Source: Candidatus Pacearchaeota archaeon (GTDB lineage: Archaea > Nanobdellota > Nanobdellia > Pacearchaeales > GW2011-AR1). Taken from it: a DNA stretch of 64,000 nucleotides. Location of the stretch: contig JBEKXS010000001.1 of the NCBI GenBank assembly GCA_049511795.1, positions 129,497 through 193,496 of the forward strand. Reading direction: 5' to 3'. The notes beneath the pieces are model-generated. The model saw nothing but the letters and a program-made list of their open reading frames with translations. It ran no database searches and was not told the origin of the DNA. The translations under genes and the position numbers were made by a program. This document shows positions 37,419 to 47,392 of this stretch, piece after piece; within the stretch, counting starts at the first letter, position 1, and the number at the start of each line of letters is the position of its first letter.

Positions 37419-37803
37419 GGTCTTCTATACTTTGATCTGCCTCTCTCCTTCTTGAAAAATCATCTATTTTTTTTACTAAACTATCTCTTATACTTCTAAG
37501 TTTACTAACTCTTTCATCAGCAGCGCTAATTCTTAATGGCTCTGAATATACTGGCTTGCCTAATCTTGGAGGTAATCTTGTTTCAGAAAGAACTTGTGAA
37601 TAACCATATGAACTTATAACATGTCCTAGTTGCTGAACATCATATCCTTTCTCATCGGTTGTCAAAAGCAAAGTCCCATAATCTCTAGATTTTCCTTCTG
37701 TAAATGCAGCTACAATTACACCATGAACTTCTTTAGATATATTTTCAGCTAAATCATTTGGGCTGATTTTTGCTGTTGATTTTCTTTGTATTTCTATTCT
37801 CAT
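37393..37803 (-). CDS. hypothetical protein (136 aa), first gene of the FHA operon
   Basis: ORF with an AT-rich promoter-like region upstream (37804-37895). No recognisable motif. Confidence 0.4.
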   Translation of the reverse strand: MRIEIQRKSTAKISPNDLAENISKEVHGVIVAAFTEGKSRDYGTLLLTTDEKGYDVQQLGHVISSYGYSQVLSETRLPPRLGKPVYSEPLRISAADERVSKLRSIRDSLVKKIDDFSRRREADQSIEDLAKRRQGQ

Positions 37804-37895
37804 ATTTTCCCAAAAATGTTCTGGTTTATAAATCTTATGGTTTTGTTATCCTTTATTAGTTACAACATTATAGGAATATTTAAAAAGTTAGAAAA

Positions 37896-38183
37896 TTGAA
37901 AAACGTTATGGGATTAATCAGAAAAATAAAGGGAATTAGACTTGCTTATGAAGCAGGAAAATACCTTGGTAAGAAAGAACAGGAATTATTTAGTGTATAT
38001 GACAAACAAGGGATAATGGTTGTGGAACATATGGACGGAAGAATGTGGATTCAGCCACATACGGAGGAAATTGTCAAAATGATGGAAAATAGAAGTAAAC
38101 TAGGTTTTTTAGAAGGGTTCGCTTTTAATATTGGATGGAGCGATAATCTTCCTAATCTTACAAAATTAGGTAGCTTGCAATAA
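37896..38183 (+). CDS. hypothetical protein (95 aa)
   Basis: ORF divergent from the FHA operon. No motif. Confidence 0.3.
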   Translation: MKNVMGLIRKIKGIRLAYEAGKYLGKKEQELFSVYDKQGIMVVEHMDGRMWIQPHTEEIVKMMENRSKLGFLEGFAFNIGWSDNLPNLTKLGSLQ

Positions 38184-39105
38184 TTCCAACAAGAATTCCT
38201 GCTGTTATGAAAGGCATTGCGGGATAAAACTTCTTTTTCTCAGCTGCAAAGAACAAGTAAGTCAAGCCAAGAGTTGCTCCAAGAATAACAAATAAGGCAG
38301 AAACAATTCCCAAGGTCATGAACATAACTCCTGCTGTTATTATAGGGAATACAACATCTCCGCCGCCAAGAATTGCAACATTAACTTTTATTTTCTTCTT
38401 TTTCAGTTGTGATTTTGACATTGTTTTTTTCCAAGATTTTATCTGAGACCTTTGCTGTTTTGATACATAAGGAACAAAGAATCCTGAAAATATTTTGAGA
38501 GTATTTATCTGGTATTTTGCCATGCGCTGCATTACTCCTGAATGCCAAACAGCCCACATATCATAAATAGAAATTAATATAAGAAGAGCAACAACTGTCC
38601 AGACATTAAGTATTGGCACAAAAACAGTCGCAATTCCTGGATAAATCAAAAGCTCTGTAAGATTATGAACAAGGAAACTTTTCCCAGATATTTTTACAAA
38701 TGCAAGAATAAGAGAAATAGCAAGGGCTGTAAAGAAAATAACTTGCTGGCTAATATTAAGATTCAGGTTTTTGGCAATTGCCATGAATGAAAGAAGAAGA
38801 GCAATTGTTATTACAGAGAAAAACCAGATTTTGAGCAAATAAGTTACTTGAGACCTCATTAGCAATATCAGAAGAAGAATTGCAAGAACGAATGCAAATA
38901 CAAGATAAACGAGAGAGCTGTTGAAATCTGCTTGCGTCTGAGCAGGAGGAGGATTAATCCATTCCAGATAGGGATTTGGAACTGTCCCGTTTGCCTGGGT
39001 TTGCTGAGTTGTGAATGGATTTGAACTTATTACATAAAGCCCAATAAGTTGCGTGGCTACAAACATTGAAAGAAGAAGTGCTGTTATTTTCAGATTGTGC
39101 TTCAT
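38158..39105 (-). CDS. presenilin/signal-peptide-peptidase family intramembrane aspartyl protease (archaeal PSH, A22)
   Basis: Polytopic membrane protein with the YD motif (LISIYDMWAV), the GxGD motif (AILGGGDVVFP) and a C-terminal PAL-like PAMP, in the canonical order. Confidence 0.7.
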   Translation of the reverse strand: MKHNLKITALLLSMFVATQLIGLYVISSNPFTTQQTQANGTVPNPYLEWINPPPAQTQADFNSSLVYLVFAFVLAILLLILLMRSQVTYLLKIWFFSVITIALLLSFMAIAKNLNLNISQQVIFFTALAISLILAFVKISGKSFLVHNLTELLIYPGIATVFVPILNVWTVVALLILISIYDMWAVWHSGVMQRMAKYQINTLKIFSGFFVPYVSKQQRSQIKSWKKTMSKSQLKKKKIKVNVAILGGGDVVFPIITAGVMFMTLGIVSALFVILGATLGLTYLFFAAEKKKFYPAMPFITAGILVGIIASYLIL

Positions 39106-39120
39106 TTTATCTTATTTATT

Positions 39121-41007
39121 TTATCGTAATCTTAAAGTTTCCAAAACACGCGGAACATTTGTCTCAACATGATTTAATTTGTAGAGAGCAGAAGCAAGGT
39201 CCAGGCATTTTGAAACTTCACCGTGATTTATCATTATTCTTTTTGGCTTTGGTCTTATGTTGTTGAAAAAACTAATTATTTCATTTCTTCCTGCATGTGC
39301 AGACAATCCAGCAATAGTATGAATTTCAAGATTTATCTTTACATTTTCCTCATGTCCTTCATAAATCATTTTTGTATCTTTCAAGCCTTCCTGAACTTGA
39401 CGGCCTAGAGAGCCGACACCTTGATAACAGACAAACATTATTGAATTTTTTTCGTTTCCTGCAAATTCACGGAAATATTCAACAGAAGCTCCACCGACAA
39501 GCATACCTGATGTTGCGAGAACAACACATGGACCGCCTTCAACAACTTTTTTTCTTTCCTGTGGTGATCCAACACGAGAGAAAATATCTGAAACAAAAGG
39601 ATTTTGGTCCTGGAAAATAGAAGTACGGATTTTGCTGCTCAAAAAATCAGGATAAGCTGTATGGATTGCATTAATATCCCATATCATTCCATCAATATAG
39701 ACAGGAATTTTTTTCATCTTTCCCTCTTTTATTGCGTCATCTATAATAAGCATTGTTTCCTGTGCTCTTCCAAGTCCAAGTTCTGGGATAAGAATTTTTC
39801 CGCCCCGCTCTATTGTCTTGTTTATTATTTCAATCATTTTTTCCTCTGATTCAACCCTTGGTGGGAGAATATCTGTCTTTGCTCCATAAGTTGCTTCTGT
39901 AAGAACAGATTCAATTCTTGGGAAAGATGCAACAGCTGGATCCAAAAGTCTTGTTCTTGTATATTTGTAATCTGCACTATAAAGGAAATTGTGCAAACCG
40001 TTTCCAATATTGAAATGCACCATTGCGCTTCCTAAAGCATGACCTGAATTGTAAAATGTTATTCTTATATCAGGAGCTATGTCTGTTACTTCATTGAAAT
40101 TCAGGCAGACAGTGTGCTTAACCATTTCCTTGATATCCTTTGAACTGTATAAAGGCGTTGCAGCCTGTTTGTATGCAACTCCAATAAAATCAAGGCAAAG
40201 AAGCGCAGCAACATCCATTGTAGGCGCTGTCATGTAAACGGGACCCTTAAATCCCATTTTGTAAAGATAAGGAAGAAGACCAACATGGTCAAGATGAGCG
40301 TGGCTTAGAATTACAGCATCAAGCTGCTGAATATTAAATTCTGGAATGTCAAAATAAGGAAATTTATCTTTTCCATGGCCTGCAACATTTATTCCGCAAT
40401 CAAGAAGAACTTTTGAATTTGGAGTTTGCAGAAGAAGACAGCTTCTTCCGACCTCACGAGCACTTCCAAGCAAAGTCAGTCTTACCCATTCTTCAACTTT
40501 TTCTGGATTCCATCCTTTGTAAATTTTCTCGCCAATTTCATTCAGGAATTTTCTTCTGTAATTGTTGTTTGCATAAAGAACCTCACGAATATTTTCTGTA
40601 ATCTGGCTTTTTATCGCAGGGCTTCTTTGAACCTGCGGAGTCCAAAGTGTTGTCTTTTTTATTTCATCAAGAATGCTTCCTTGTTTTCCTATAACCATTC
40701 CTGGCCTTTTTGCCTCTATAACAACAATGCTTCTGTGATAATCAAAAATTATGTTTGTAAGTTCTGCTTCTGCAGGAACTATTTTCTGTATTTCCTCTTT
40801 TGCTTTTTCCTGCTCATGAAGAATTTTTTGGTCTGCACGGAGCTCAATCCTTTTCTTGATTTCATTAACAAGCTCTTTTATCTTTGACTCGCCTTCTTTG
40901 AAAAAATTCTCATTATCTGTGTAAAGGACAATGTTAGCTCCTTCAAAATTAGCTTCTGTTATGCTGCTCTGCAGTTTTTCAGTTATATGTTTTAGAATGT
41001 CTGTCAT
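39121..41007 (-). CDS. aCPSF1/FttA-type KH-KH-metallo-beta-lactamase-beta-CASP ribonuclease
   Basis: 628 aa. N-terminal KH region (GMVIGKQGSILDEIKK), HxHxDH (LSHAHLDHVGLLP), and beta-CASP motifs. Confidence 0.85.
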   Translation of the reverse strand: MTDILKHITEKLQSSITEANFEGANIVLYTDNENFFKEGESKIKELVNEIKKRIELRADQKILHEQEKAKEEIQKIVPAEAELTNIIFDYHRSIVVIEAKRPGMVIGKQGSILDEIKKTTLWTPQVQRSPAIKSQITENIREVLYANNNYRRKFLNEIGEKIYKGWNPEKVEEWVRLTLLGSAREVGRSCLLLQTPNSKVLLDCGINVAGHGKDKFPYFDIPEFNIQQLDAVILSHAHLDHVGLLPYLYKMGFKGPVYMTAPTMDVAALLCLDFIGVAYKQAATPLYSSKDIKEMVKHTVCLNFNEVTDIAPDIRITFYNSGHALGSAMVHFNIGNGLHNFLYSADYKYTRTRLLDPAVASFPRIESVLTEATYGAKTDILPPRVESEEKMIEIINKTIERGGKILIPELGLGRAQETMLIIDDAIKEGKMKKIPVYIDGMIWDINAIHTAYPDFLSSKIRTSIFQDQNPFVSDIFSRVGSPQERKKVVEGGPCVVLATSGMLVGGASVEYFREFAGNEKNSIMFVCYQGVGSLGRQVQEGLKDTKMIYEGHEENVKINLEIHTIAGLSAHAGRNEIISFFNNIRPKPKRIMINHGEVSKCLDLASALYKLNHVETNVPRVLETLRLR

Positions 41008-41060
41008 TTTTCTTTTTTATACCTTAATAATAATTTTCCGACCCGAAAAATATTTTTAGC

Positions 41061-41723
41061 TTATTTTTTATCCTTATACTCAGGAATAATATCTTGATCA
41101 ACAACCTTTTTTATTCCGTCCTTGGTAATTGTAAAGACTTCAATACCTAATCCTGAATATAAATCCCTTTGTGTAGATGACTTCAAAGACTCTATTGCTA
41201 ATTCAACCCCCTCTTTTATAGAAATTCCATGCTTATACTGTCTTTCAAGAAATCCTATAACAAAAGTCATACCACTCCCATCTGCATCAAATTTCTCTAC
41301 ATCCATTATTGTTCCATCTGGACCTATAGTATAAAGTCCGAAGGAGCCATCTTCATTAACTCCTCCAAAAAAACTTGCAACAATTGAAGGAACCATTGAA
41401 GGCTGTCTTATTGATGAATAGGTTAGAGAAGATAACAAACTTGCTGCTTTTCTTATTTCTGGTCTTGATCTACTTCTTAATTCATCTAATTTTAATTCAG
41501 CTGCCAAAATTTTTGCTAGTCTTTGAGCATCAGCAGCCTGACCTGCATAAGACATAAGACTGTAATCATTAATCTTAACTATTTTATTAAATTTATTTCC
41601 TTTAACGTTGCCTTGAGTAACTTGCCTATCTGCAGCCATTACAATTCCGTCTTTGCAGACAATTCCAAGAATTGTAGTTCCAGTCTTTAAAATTGAGTTT
41701 TTTATTTCAGTATTTGTTTCCAT
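41061..41723 (-). CDS. psmB: proteasome beta subunit
   Basis: Propeptide followed by the TGTTILGI active-site Thr context. Ntn-hydrolase fold length. Confidence 0.85.
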   Translation of the reverse strand: METNTEIKNSILKTGTTILGIVCKDGIVMAADRQVTQGNVKGNKFNKIVKINDYSLMSYAGQAADAQRLAKILAAELKLDELRSRSRPEIRKAASLLSSLTYSSIRQPSMVPSIVASFFGGVNEDGSFGLYTIGPDGTIMDVEKFDADGSGMTFVIGFLERQYKHGISIKEGVELAIESLKSSTQRDLYSGLGIEVFTITKDGIKKVVDQDIIPEYKDKK

Positions 41724-41829
41724 TTTATTTTTAACCTAGTTATCTGATTATAATCTTTTATTTAATAACCTCAGAATCAACCTATGAAATGTTGGAAATC
41801 TTATTTTATAAAGTTTTCGTTGCCTAATT

Positions 41830-43890
41830 CTAGATTAAATCCTCTGCGCTCAGCTTTGAGACACCATGCTCTTTTTTGAAGCGTATTACATTCTCAACAA
41901 AGCTTTCTATTTTTGGCTCATGGCTGACAATTATAAGCTGCTTTACTTCAAGCTGGCGCAAAACATCACGCATTTTGTCAAGCTGCTGTTCGCTAAACCC
42001 ATCTGTTGGCTCATCCAAAATTACAACATCTTTTGTTTTTATCTTGCTAAGAAGTGAATTAACAACCTGATTGAGTGAAAGCCTGTAGGCAAGCGCAATT
42101 GCCGTCCTTTCTCCACCTGAAAGATAAGAATAATCTATTTCATAATCCTGATGGCGTATTATCGGTGTAAATTCCTCGTTAAGACTTACTTCAAAAACAT
42201 CTGAAACAAGCATTGAGAACCATTCCGCAAACAACCTTGAAAATTCTGATTTCAGGCGCAACATAACATTTCTTTCTGCAAAAGAAATCAAAGAAACAAA
42301 GTTCTTTGAAATCCATTCCTCAAGCTTTGTTATTTTTTCAAGGCTTTCCCTTATTGCTTCTGTCTTTGCAATTCTTGCTTTCATTTCTTCTATCTGGCGA
42401 GAGAAGACCTCTATCTCTTTTTTCAGCTCGGCAACTTTTATTTCAGCAAGCCTTTCCTGCCTTTGAGCTTCTTTAAGTGATTTATCGCGCAATTCAAGAA
42501 GAGAATCAAATTTTTTCAAATCAAAAACGTTTTTTGAGATGACATCTATGTGCTGATTCAAAAGGGTTATGTCTTTTTCAAGAAGTTCGTCTGATTTCTC
42601 TATTTCTTTAAGGCGAAGCCTTTTTGATTCAATTTCCTGGAATTTTACTTTTTTCAGCCTTAAATCAGAAAGCTCCTTTTCTTTTGCTACAATAAATTCC
42701 TCAACTTTTATTATGCTCTCAATTATTCTTTTCTTATCAAGCATCAGCTCATCTGTTTTCTTCATGTTTTCTGCTATTTCTGATTCAAAATTGTTAAGCA
42801 CGTTTGTCTTGTATACAGGACCAACATCCTGAAGGCATGTTGGGCAGATATCTATTTTTCTTATTTGCTCTCTTATTCTTCTTATTTCATCGGTTCTTAT
42901 GTTCAATGAATTTATTTGTGAGCTGACCTTCAGGTTTTCTTCATTTATCTGGGATTTGTCTTTTTTCCTGAATTCTATCTGCTGTTCAAGCTCTTTTATT
43001 TTTGTTTCTTCAAACTCAAGGCTTTCTAATTCTTTTATCTGGGAAATAATCTGCTCCCTTGTTTTGTTGTTTGTGAATAATGCATCTTTTTTGTTAGCGA
43101 CAACAATTCTTGTTTTCTCAATTTCCTGCTGAAGCTTGTTTTTTTCATCTATCTTCTTGAAAACATCTTCTCTTTCTTCTTGTGCTTTTCTCATTTCCTC
43201 TGTTCTTAGGAAAAGTTCTCTTTCAACAGAAGCAAGATTGTGATATTTTGTTTCAACTTCCTCTTCTTTGGAAATCATTGCAGCTCTGTCTTCCTCCAGA
43301 TTTTCAATCTGGCCTTCTTTCATTCTTTTTTCCTCTCTTAGCTTTGATGTAACAACTTCTGCGTTCTCTATTATTGTCTTGTATCTGTCAATTCCGAAAA
43401 CATGTCTCAGGGCATTTATTCTTGTCTCGGGATCTTCAAGAATTATTTGCTTCATCTCTTCTTGAGGAGTGTAAACCGTGAATTTGTAAAGAATATTCTG
43501 TTTTTTTGAAAATTCTTTTGGATAATTCAAAAGTTCAAGAACTTTATCTTTAAGTTCTGTTACAGACATTTCTTTTTTTTCTCCGTCAATTGTTATAAAG
43601 CAAGAATCCTGAGAAACTGTTTTTCCTTTCCTGAGATTTCTTTCAAGAACAATTTCTTTTCCGTCAATATCAAGGCAAAGAACAACAGATCCTTCATTTG
43701 CCCCGTTTCTAAGGAGAGCTGTTCCTCTCTGGCCTGGCTGCAAACCAAAAAGAGCAAACTCAATTCCAAGAAGTATTGAAGTCTTACCAGAACCAATATC
43801 TCCTGATAAAAGCGTTGAGCCTTCGGGAAATACAATTTCCTGGGTTTCATAGCTCCTTATGTTGTTTAATGTTATTTTTTTAAGTCTCAT
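41830..43890 (-). CDS. rad50: Rad50 DNA double-strand-break repair ATPase (compact form, 686 aa)
   Basis: Walker A GDIGSGKTS, coiled coil with a CPTC zinc hook, signature LSGGERTAIALAYRLSL, Walker B VILDEPT. Stop sits 2 nt from mre11. Confidence 0.85.
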   Translation of the reverse strand: MRLKKITLNNIRSYETQEIVFPEGSTLLSGDIGSGKTSILLGIEFALFGLQPGQRGTALLRNGANEGSVVLCLDIDGKEIVLERNLRKGKTVSQDSCFITIDGEKKEMSVTELKDKVLELLNYPKEFSKKQNILYKFTVYTPQEEMKQIILEDPETRINALRHVFGIDRYKTIIENAEVVTSKLREEKRMKEGQIENLEEDRAAMISKEEEVETKYHNLASVERELFLRTEEMRKAQEEREDVFKKIDEKNKLQQEIEKTRIVVANKKDALFTNNKTREQIISQIKELESLEFEETKIKELEQQIEFRKKDKSQINEENLKVSSQINSLNIRTDEIRRIREQIRKIDICPTCLQDVGPVYKTNVLNNFESEIAENMKKTDELMLDKKRIIESIIKVEEFIVAKEKELSDLRLKKVKFQEIESKRLRLKEIEKSDELLEKDITLLNQHIDVISKNVFDLKKFDSLLELRDKSLKEAQRQERLAEIKVAELKKEIEVFSRQIEEMKARIAKTEAIRESLEKITKLEEWISKNFVSLISFAERNVMLRLKSEFSRLFAEWFSMLVSDVFEVSLNEEFTPIIRHQDYEIDYSYLSGGERTAIALAYRLSLNQVVNSLLSKIKTKDVVILDEPTDGFSEQQLDKMRDVLRQLEVKQLIIVSHEPKIESFVENVIRFKKEHGVSKLSAEDLI

Positions 43891-43891
43891 T

Positions 43892-45052
43892 TTAAACTGC
43901 GAAAATTTTTTTTGTTTCTTCCATTAATCTTATTGTGAAATTCTCAACTGTTTCTCCGTCCTGTTTTTCAATTGAGAATGCATTCATTATCTGCGAAATC
44001 AGGCGGTTGAAAATTGAAGGATTCTGCTCTGAATATTTCTTTATTGATTCTTCCTCTATGTTTTCTGTTTCCTGGATTTCTGTTTCAAGTCCTGTTTCTT
44101 TCATCTTAAGGTCATGCGTATTTCTCAAAAGGAAATAAGCTCCTTTCTTTTTCATGGATTCTTCTATTTGCAGGAATTTTATGTCAGATGTTTTTCCATT
44201 TTCCAAAAGGCCGTGAAGTCTTAAAAGAACAACTTTGTCCTTGACATCATGTTTCTCTAATTCTGAAAGTATTTGCTCTGTTGCCCTGAGTGTGTTCTTT
44301 ATTTCAATGTCAAGTGAAACAACATCTCTAATCTTAAGGTCAACACGCTTCATTGGCTTGTCAAGTTTTGTATCAACAATGTAAAATCTCCCATACTGCA
44401 AATCTTCAAGCTCCTGGAAATTATTTGGAAATACAGGACCAGGATAAACAAAATTTTCATATTGGAAATCAATGTGCAAGTGCCCCAGTGCATAATAATC
44501 TGCTTTTGGCAGATTGGCTGTTTCAATTGCGTCAATTGGCAAATCTCCTTTTGCTTTGTCTATTGTTGTGTGAAGCATGAAAATTTTAAACAAACCAGGC
44601 GCATCATCAAACTGTGATCTCCTAAGGTCTTCAACTTCAAGACCAGATGTTTTTCCAGGATATCCATAAATTGCAACACCCTTGTAAATAGTAGGGATTA
44701 AAATTAATTTCCCATTTCTTTCTTCAAATACCGCGACATTTTTTGCAAATCCTGCTTTTTCCAAAACATCAAGGAAAGTTTTTCCAGATACAGAGTAATC
44801 ATGACTGCCTGCAATCAGAAAGCAAGGAATTCCTGCATCTTTCAGTTTTTTGAACTCTGCAAATGTTTCTTTAAGAACATCAATTGGGGGAAATGCGGTA
44901 TCAAAAAGGTCTCCTGCTATTATTATGAATTCAACTTTCTCTTTTATGCATATTTCAACAGCTTTTTTAAAGGATTGTAAGTTAAGTTCTTGAAGCGGTT
45001 GCTGTTTCCAGCCACCTAAATGCACGTCTGCTATATGCGCAAATTTCACCAT
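43892..45052 (-). CDS. mre11: Mre11 nuclease (calcineurin-like phosphoesterase)
   Basis: MVKFAHIADVHLG (motif I), IIAGDLFD (II), GSHD (III), and GHLH phosphoesterase motifs. Confidence 0.85.
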   Translation of the reverse strand: MVKFAHIADVHLGGWKQQPLQELNLQSFKKAVEICIKEKVEFIIIAGDLFDTAFPPIDVLKETFAEFKKLKDAGIPCFLIAGSHDYSVSGKTFLDVLEKAGFAKNVAVFEERNGKLILIPTIYKGVAIYGYPGKTSGLEVEDLRRSQFDDAPGLFKIFMLHTTIDKAKGDLPIDAIETANLPKADYYALGHLHIDFQYENFVYPGPVFPNNFQELEDLQYGRFYIVDTKLDKPMKRVDLKIRDVVSLDIEIKNTLRATEQILSELEKHDVKDKVVLLRLHGLLENGKTSDIKFLQIEESMKKKGAYFLLRNTHDLKMKETGLETEIQETENIEEESIKKYSEQNPSIFNRLISQIMNAFSIEKQDGETVENFTIRLMEETKKIFAV

Positions 45053-45113
45053 TTTTTTATTGCAAGCTTCCAGAATTTAAAGCAATCAAGAACTATATAA
45101 AATTGATTGTGAT

Positions 45114-45557
45114 TTAAAACAACGCTCTCCAAAATCCGCCCAAAAGGCTTGAAATTTGGTTCTTGAATATTATTAATGCAGCGAGAACACCGAGAAGAAG
45201 GACGAGAAAAACCACAAGGACAATTGTTATAACAGTGCTTGAGCTTTTTGGTTTTTTTGCAGGTGTTCCATAATTTGAAACTCTCTGGACAACCTGAGGA
45301 ATTTGCTGCACAAGAGGTTTTATAGGCTGTTGTGTAAGACTGCCCTGAGTAGGCTGAGGATTTTGTTTTGGAACTGTCTGTGCCTGCTGGATTGCCGCAT
45401 AAGCCTGTGGAGAAAGTGGCTGATTTATTGATGCAGCAGCTTCTTCTATATCTTCCTGCTTATAACCTGAATTGTAAAAAGTTGCCATTGCATGTTCCAA
45501 TGGTTCTCCTTTAGAAACAGCGAGCCTCAAACCCTCGATAAGCTCCTCTTTTACCAT
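45114..45557 (-). CDS. hypothetical tail-anchored membrane protein (147 aa) with a Q/P-rich linker
   Basis: Small N-terminal domain, low-complexity Q/P linker, single C-terminal TM helix (VITIVLVVFLVLLLGVLAALIIF). Confidence 0.4.
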   Translation of the reverse strand: MVKEELIEGLRLAVSKGEPLEHAMATFYNSGYKQEDIEEAAASINQPLSPQAYAAIQQAQTVPKQNPQPTQGSLTQQPIKPLVQQIPQVVQRVSNYGTPAKKPKSSSTVITIVLVVFLVLLLGVLAALIIFKNQISSLLGGFWRALF

Positions 45558-45593
45558 TTTTATATTAAGAAGAAGAGATTTAAAAAATGCTCG

Positions 45594-46943
45594 TTAATCA
45601 AATTCCAAAATTTTTCCATTGGGAGACAAGTGGGAAGTTTCCCCGAATTTGTAGCCAAGCTCTCCTGCAAGCTCTATCAATGGAGTTTCCTGCTGAAGTT
45701 TTCCATGCGCAGGAATCAAGTGCTGAGGCTTAAGAATTTTAATCAAGTCTCTCATATCTTCTCTTCCGCCGTGACCTGAAACGTGAACATCTGTCTGGAT
45801 TCTTACGCCTTTTTTTCTAAGCTTTTTGTCCATCCTGTCTCTTGCATTTATGTTAACAGGGTCTGGAATAACACTTGAAGAAAATATTATGTTGTCCCCT
45901 TCCCTAAGCTTGAAAGGCGTTTCATCTTTTACAATTCTGTCAAGAATAGAACCAGGCTCTGCCTGATGTCCTGTGCAGACAATAAGATATTTTCCTCTTT
46001 CCTTGTCAACTTTTTTCAGCATTGCATCAACCTGCTTTCTGTATTTTACCATAATAAAATCTTTTCTGAAAGGGCACTGGCCAACTTTTATTGCTGCGTT
46101 TGTGTATTTGTAAAGGCTTCTTCCGACAAAAACTATTTTTCTTCCTGTTTTTTTGCCGAAATCAACAATACTTTTCAATCTTGAAATATGAGAGGAGAAA
46201 GTTGTTGCAATCATTGCAGAATTCCTGTCCCTTACAGAGAAAATTGCATCTTCAACCATGTTTCTTGCAATTCTTTCGCTTGGTGTTTTTCTTTCTGTGC
46301 CTGAATAAAGAGAATCAAGGACAAGAACCTTAACTCCTTTTCTTCCAAGCTCCCTGAGCTTGTTGTATCTTGGAGGGTCTCCGATTACAGGATAATTGTC
46401 AAACTTGAAATCAAGAGCGTAAAAAAATGTTCCTTCAGAAGTGTGCATTGCAATAAAAACGCACTGCAAAGTTGAGTGTGTTGTGTGAATAAATTCAAGT
46501 CTTATAGGGCCTGATTTTCCGTTAAGAACATATGTTGAATCCTCTTTCACAATTCTTCTTTTGTTTCTCACAACAATTTTTTCTCCTTCCAGAAGCTCGT
46601 CAAAAACAGCCATTGTGAAGGGTGTTGCAATTATTTCTGCCTTAGGATATCTATGCGCAAGATAAGGCAATGCGCCCAAATGGTCAAGATGCGCATGTCC
46701 TATGATTATTGCCCTGACTTTGTCTGTCCAACCATGCTTGTCAAGAACAGTGTCATCTGGAAGAGCGCCAATTCTTCTCAAATCTTTTTCATTGTAAATG
46801 CTTTCATGGGTTTCTTCTTCCTGTATTTCTATTATTGAAGGCAAGTAAATTCCAGCATCAAAAATTATGACATCGTCTTTAACTTTCACAGCAGTCATGT
46901 TTTTTCCGACTTGCTCAAATCCGCCAACAGTACATACTTCCAT
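45594..46943 (-). CDS. archaeal RNase J-like beta-CASP metallo-beta-lactamase ribonuclease
   Basis: GGFEQVGKNMTAVK (RNase J N-terminus), IIGHAHLDHLGALPYL (HxHxDH). Start moved to the internal Met (MEVCTVGG) from the track ORF. Confidence 0.7.
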   Translation of the reverse strand: MEVCTVGGFEQVGKNMTAVKVKDDVIIFDAGIYLPSIIEIQEEETHESIYNEKDLRRIGALPDDTVLDKHGWTDKVRAIIIGHAHLDHLGALPYLAHRYPKAEIIATPFTMAVFDELLEGEKIVVRNKRRIVKEDSTYVLNGKSGPIRLEFIHTTHSTLQCVFIAMHTSEGTFFYALDFKFDNYPVIGDPPRYNKLRELGRKGVKVLVLDSLYSGTERKTPSERIARNMVEDAIFSVRDRNSAMIATTFSSHISRLKSIVDFGKKTGRKIVFVGRSLYKYTNAAIKVGQCPFRKDFIMVKYRKQVDAMLKKVDKERGKYLIVCTGHQAEPGSILDRIVKDETPFKLREGDNIIFSSSVIPDPVNINARDRMDKKLRKKGVRIQTDVHVSGHGGREDMRDLIKILKPQHLIPAHGKLQQETPLIELAGELGYKFGETSHLSPNGKILEFD

Positions 46944-47028
46944 TTTTATTTCTGAAAAAATAAAGCCAATATGGTTTAAAAAACTATAGAACAATAATCC
47001 TTAAATAGAAAATAAACAGCGGGTTTTC

Positions 47029-47355
47029 ATGGAAAAATATACTGCCAGAGATGGTTTGGATATTTTAAGATACCTTAAACTTGATAGATTAAATGATTCA
47101 CAAACCAAAATTTTTACTGAGATGTGGAATGAAATATACAGACACTTTAAAAATCCCTTGCTGGCAGCAAGGATTCTTTACTCAAAGGTGCTCCCATATG
47201 CTGATGACAGCGAATATGCCAACCAAACTTCTGATTCAAGAGACAGAGAATTTGTTGATAAGGTTAAAGCCTGTGAATTAGAGGGGATTTTAAAAACAGG
47301 TGGGCTAAAAGAGGCATTAAAATTTTCTAAGAGACGAAGGTTCCCTAATTCTTGA
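47029..47355 (+). CDS. hypothetical protein (108 aa)
   Basis: ORF upstream of the Pop5-like gene. No motif. Confidence 0.3.
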   Translation: MEKYTARDGLDILRYLKLDRLNDSQTKIFTEMWNEIYRHFKNPLLAARILYSKVLPYADDSEYANQTSDSRDREFVDKVKACELEGILKTGGLKEALKFSKRRRFPNS

Positions 47356-47392
47356 TTGAAAAGTATAAAAATAGCCTCTGCTTTCTTCAGAT

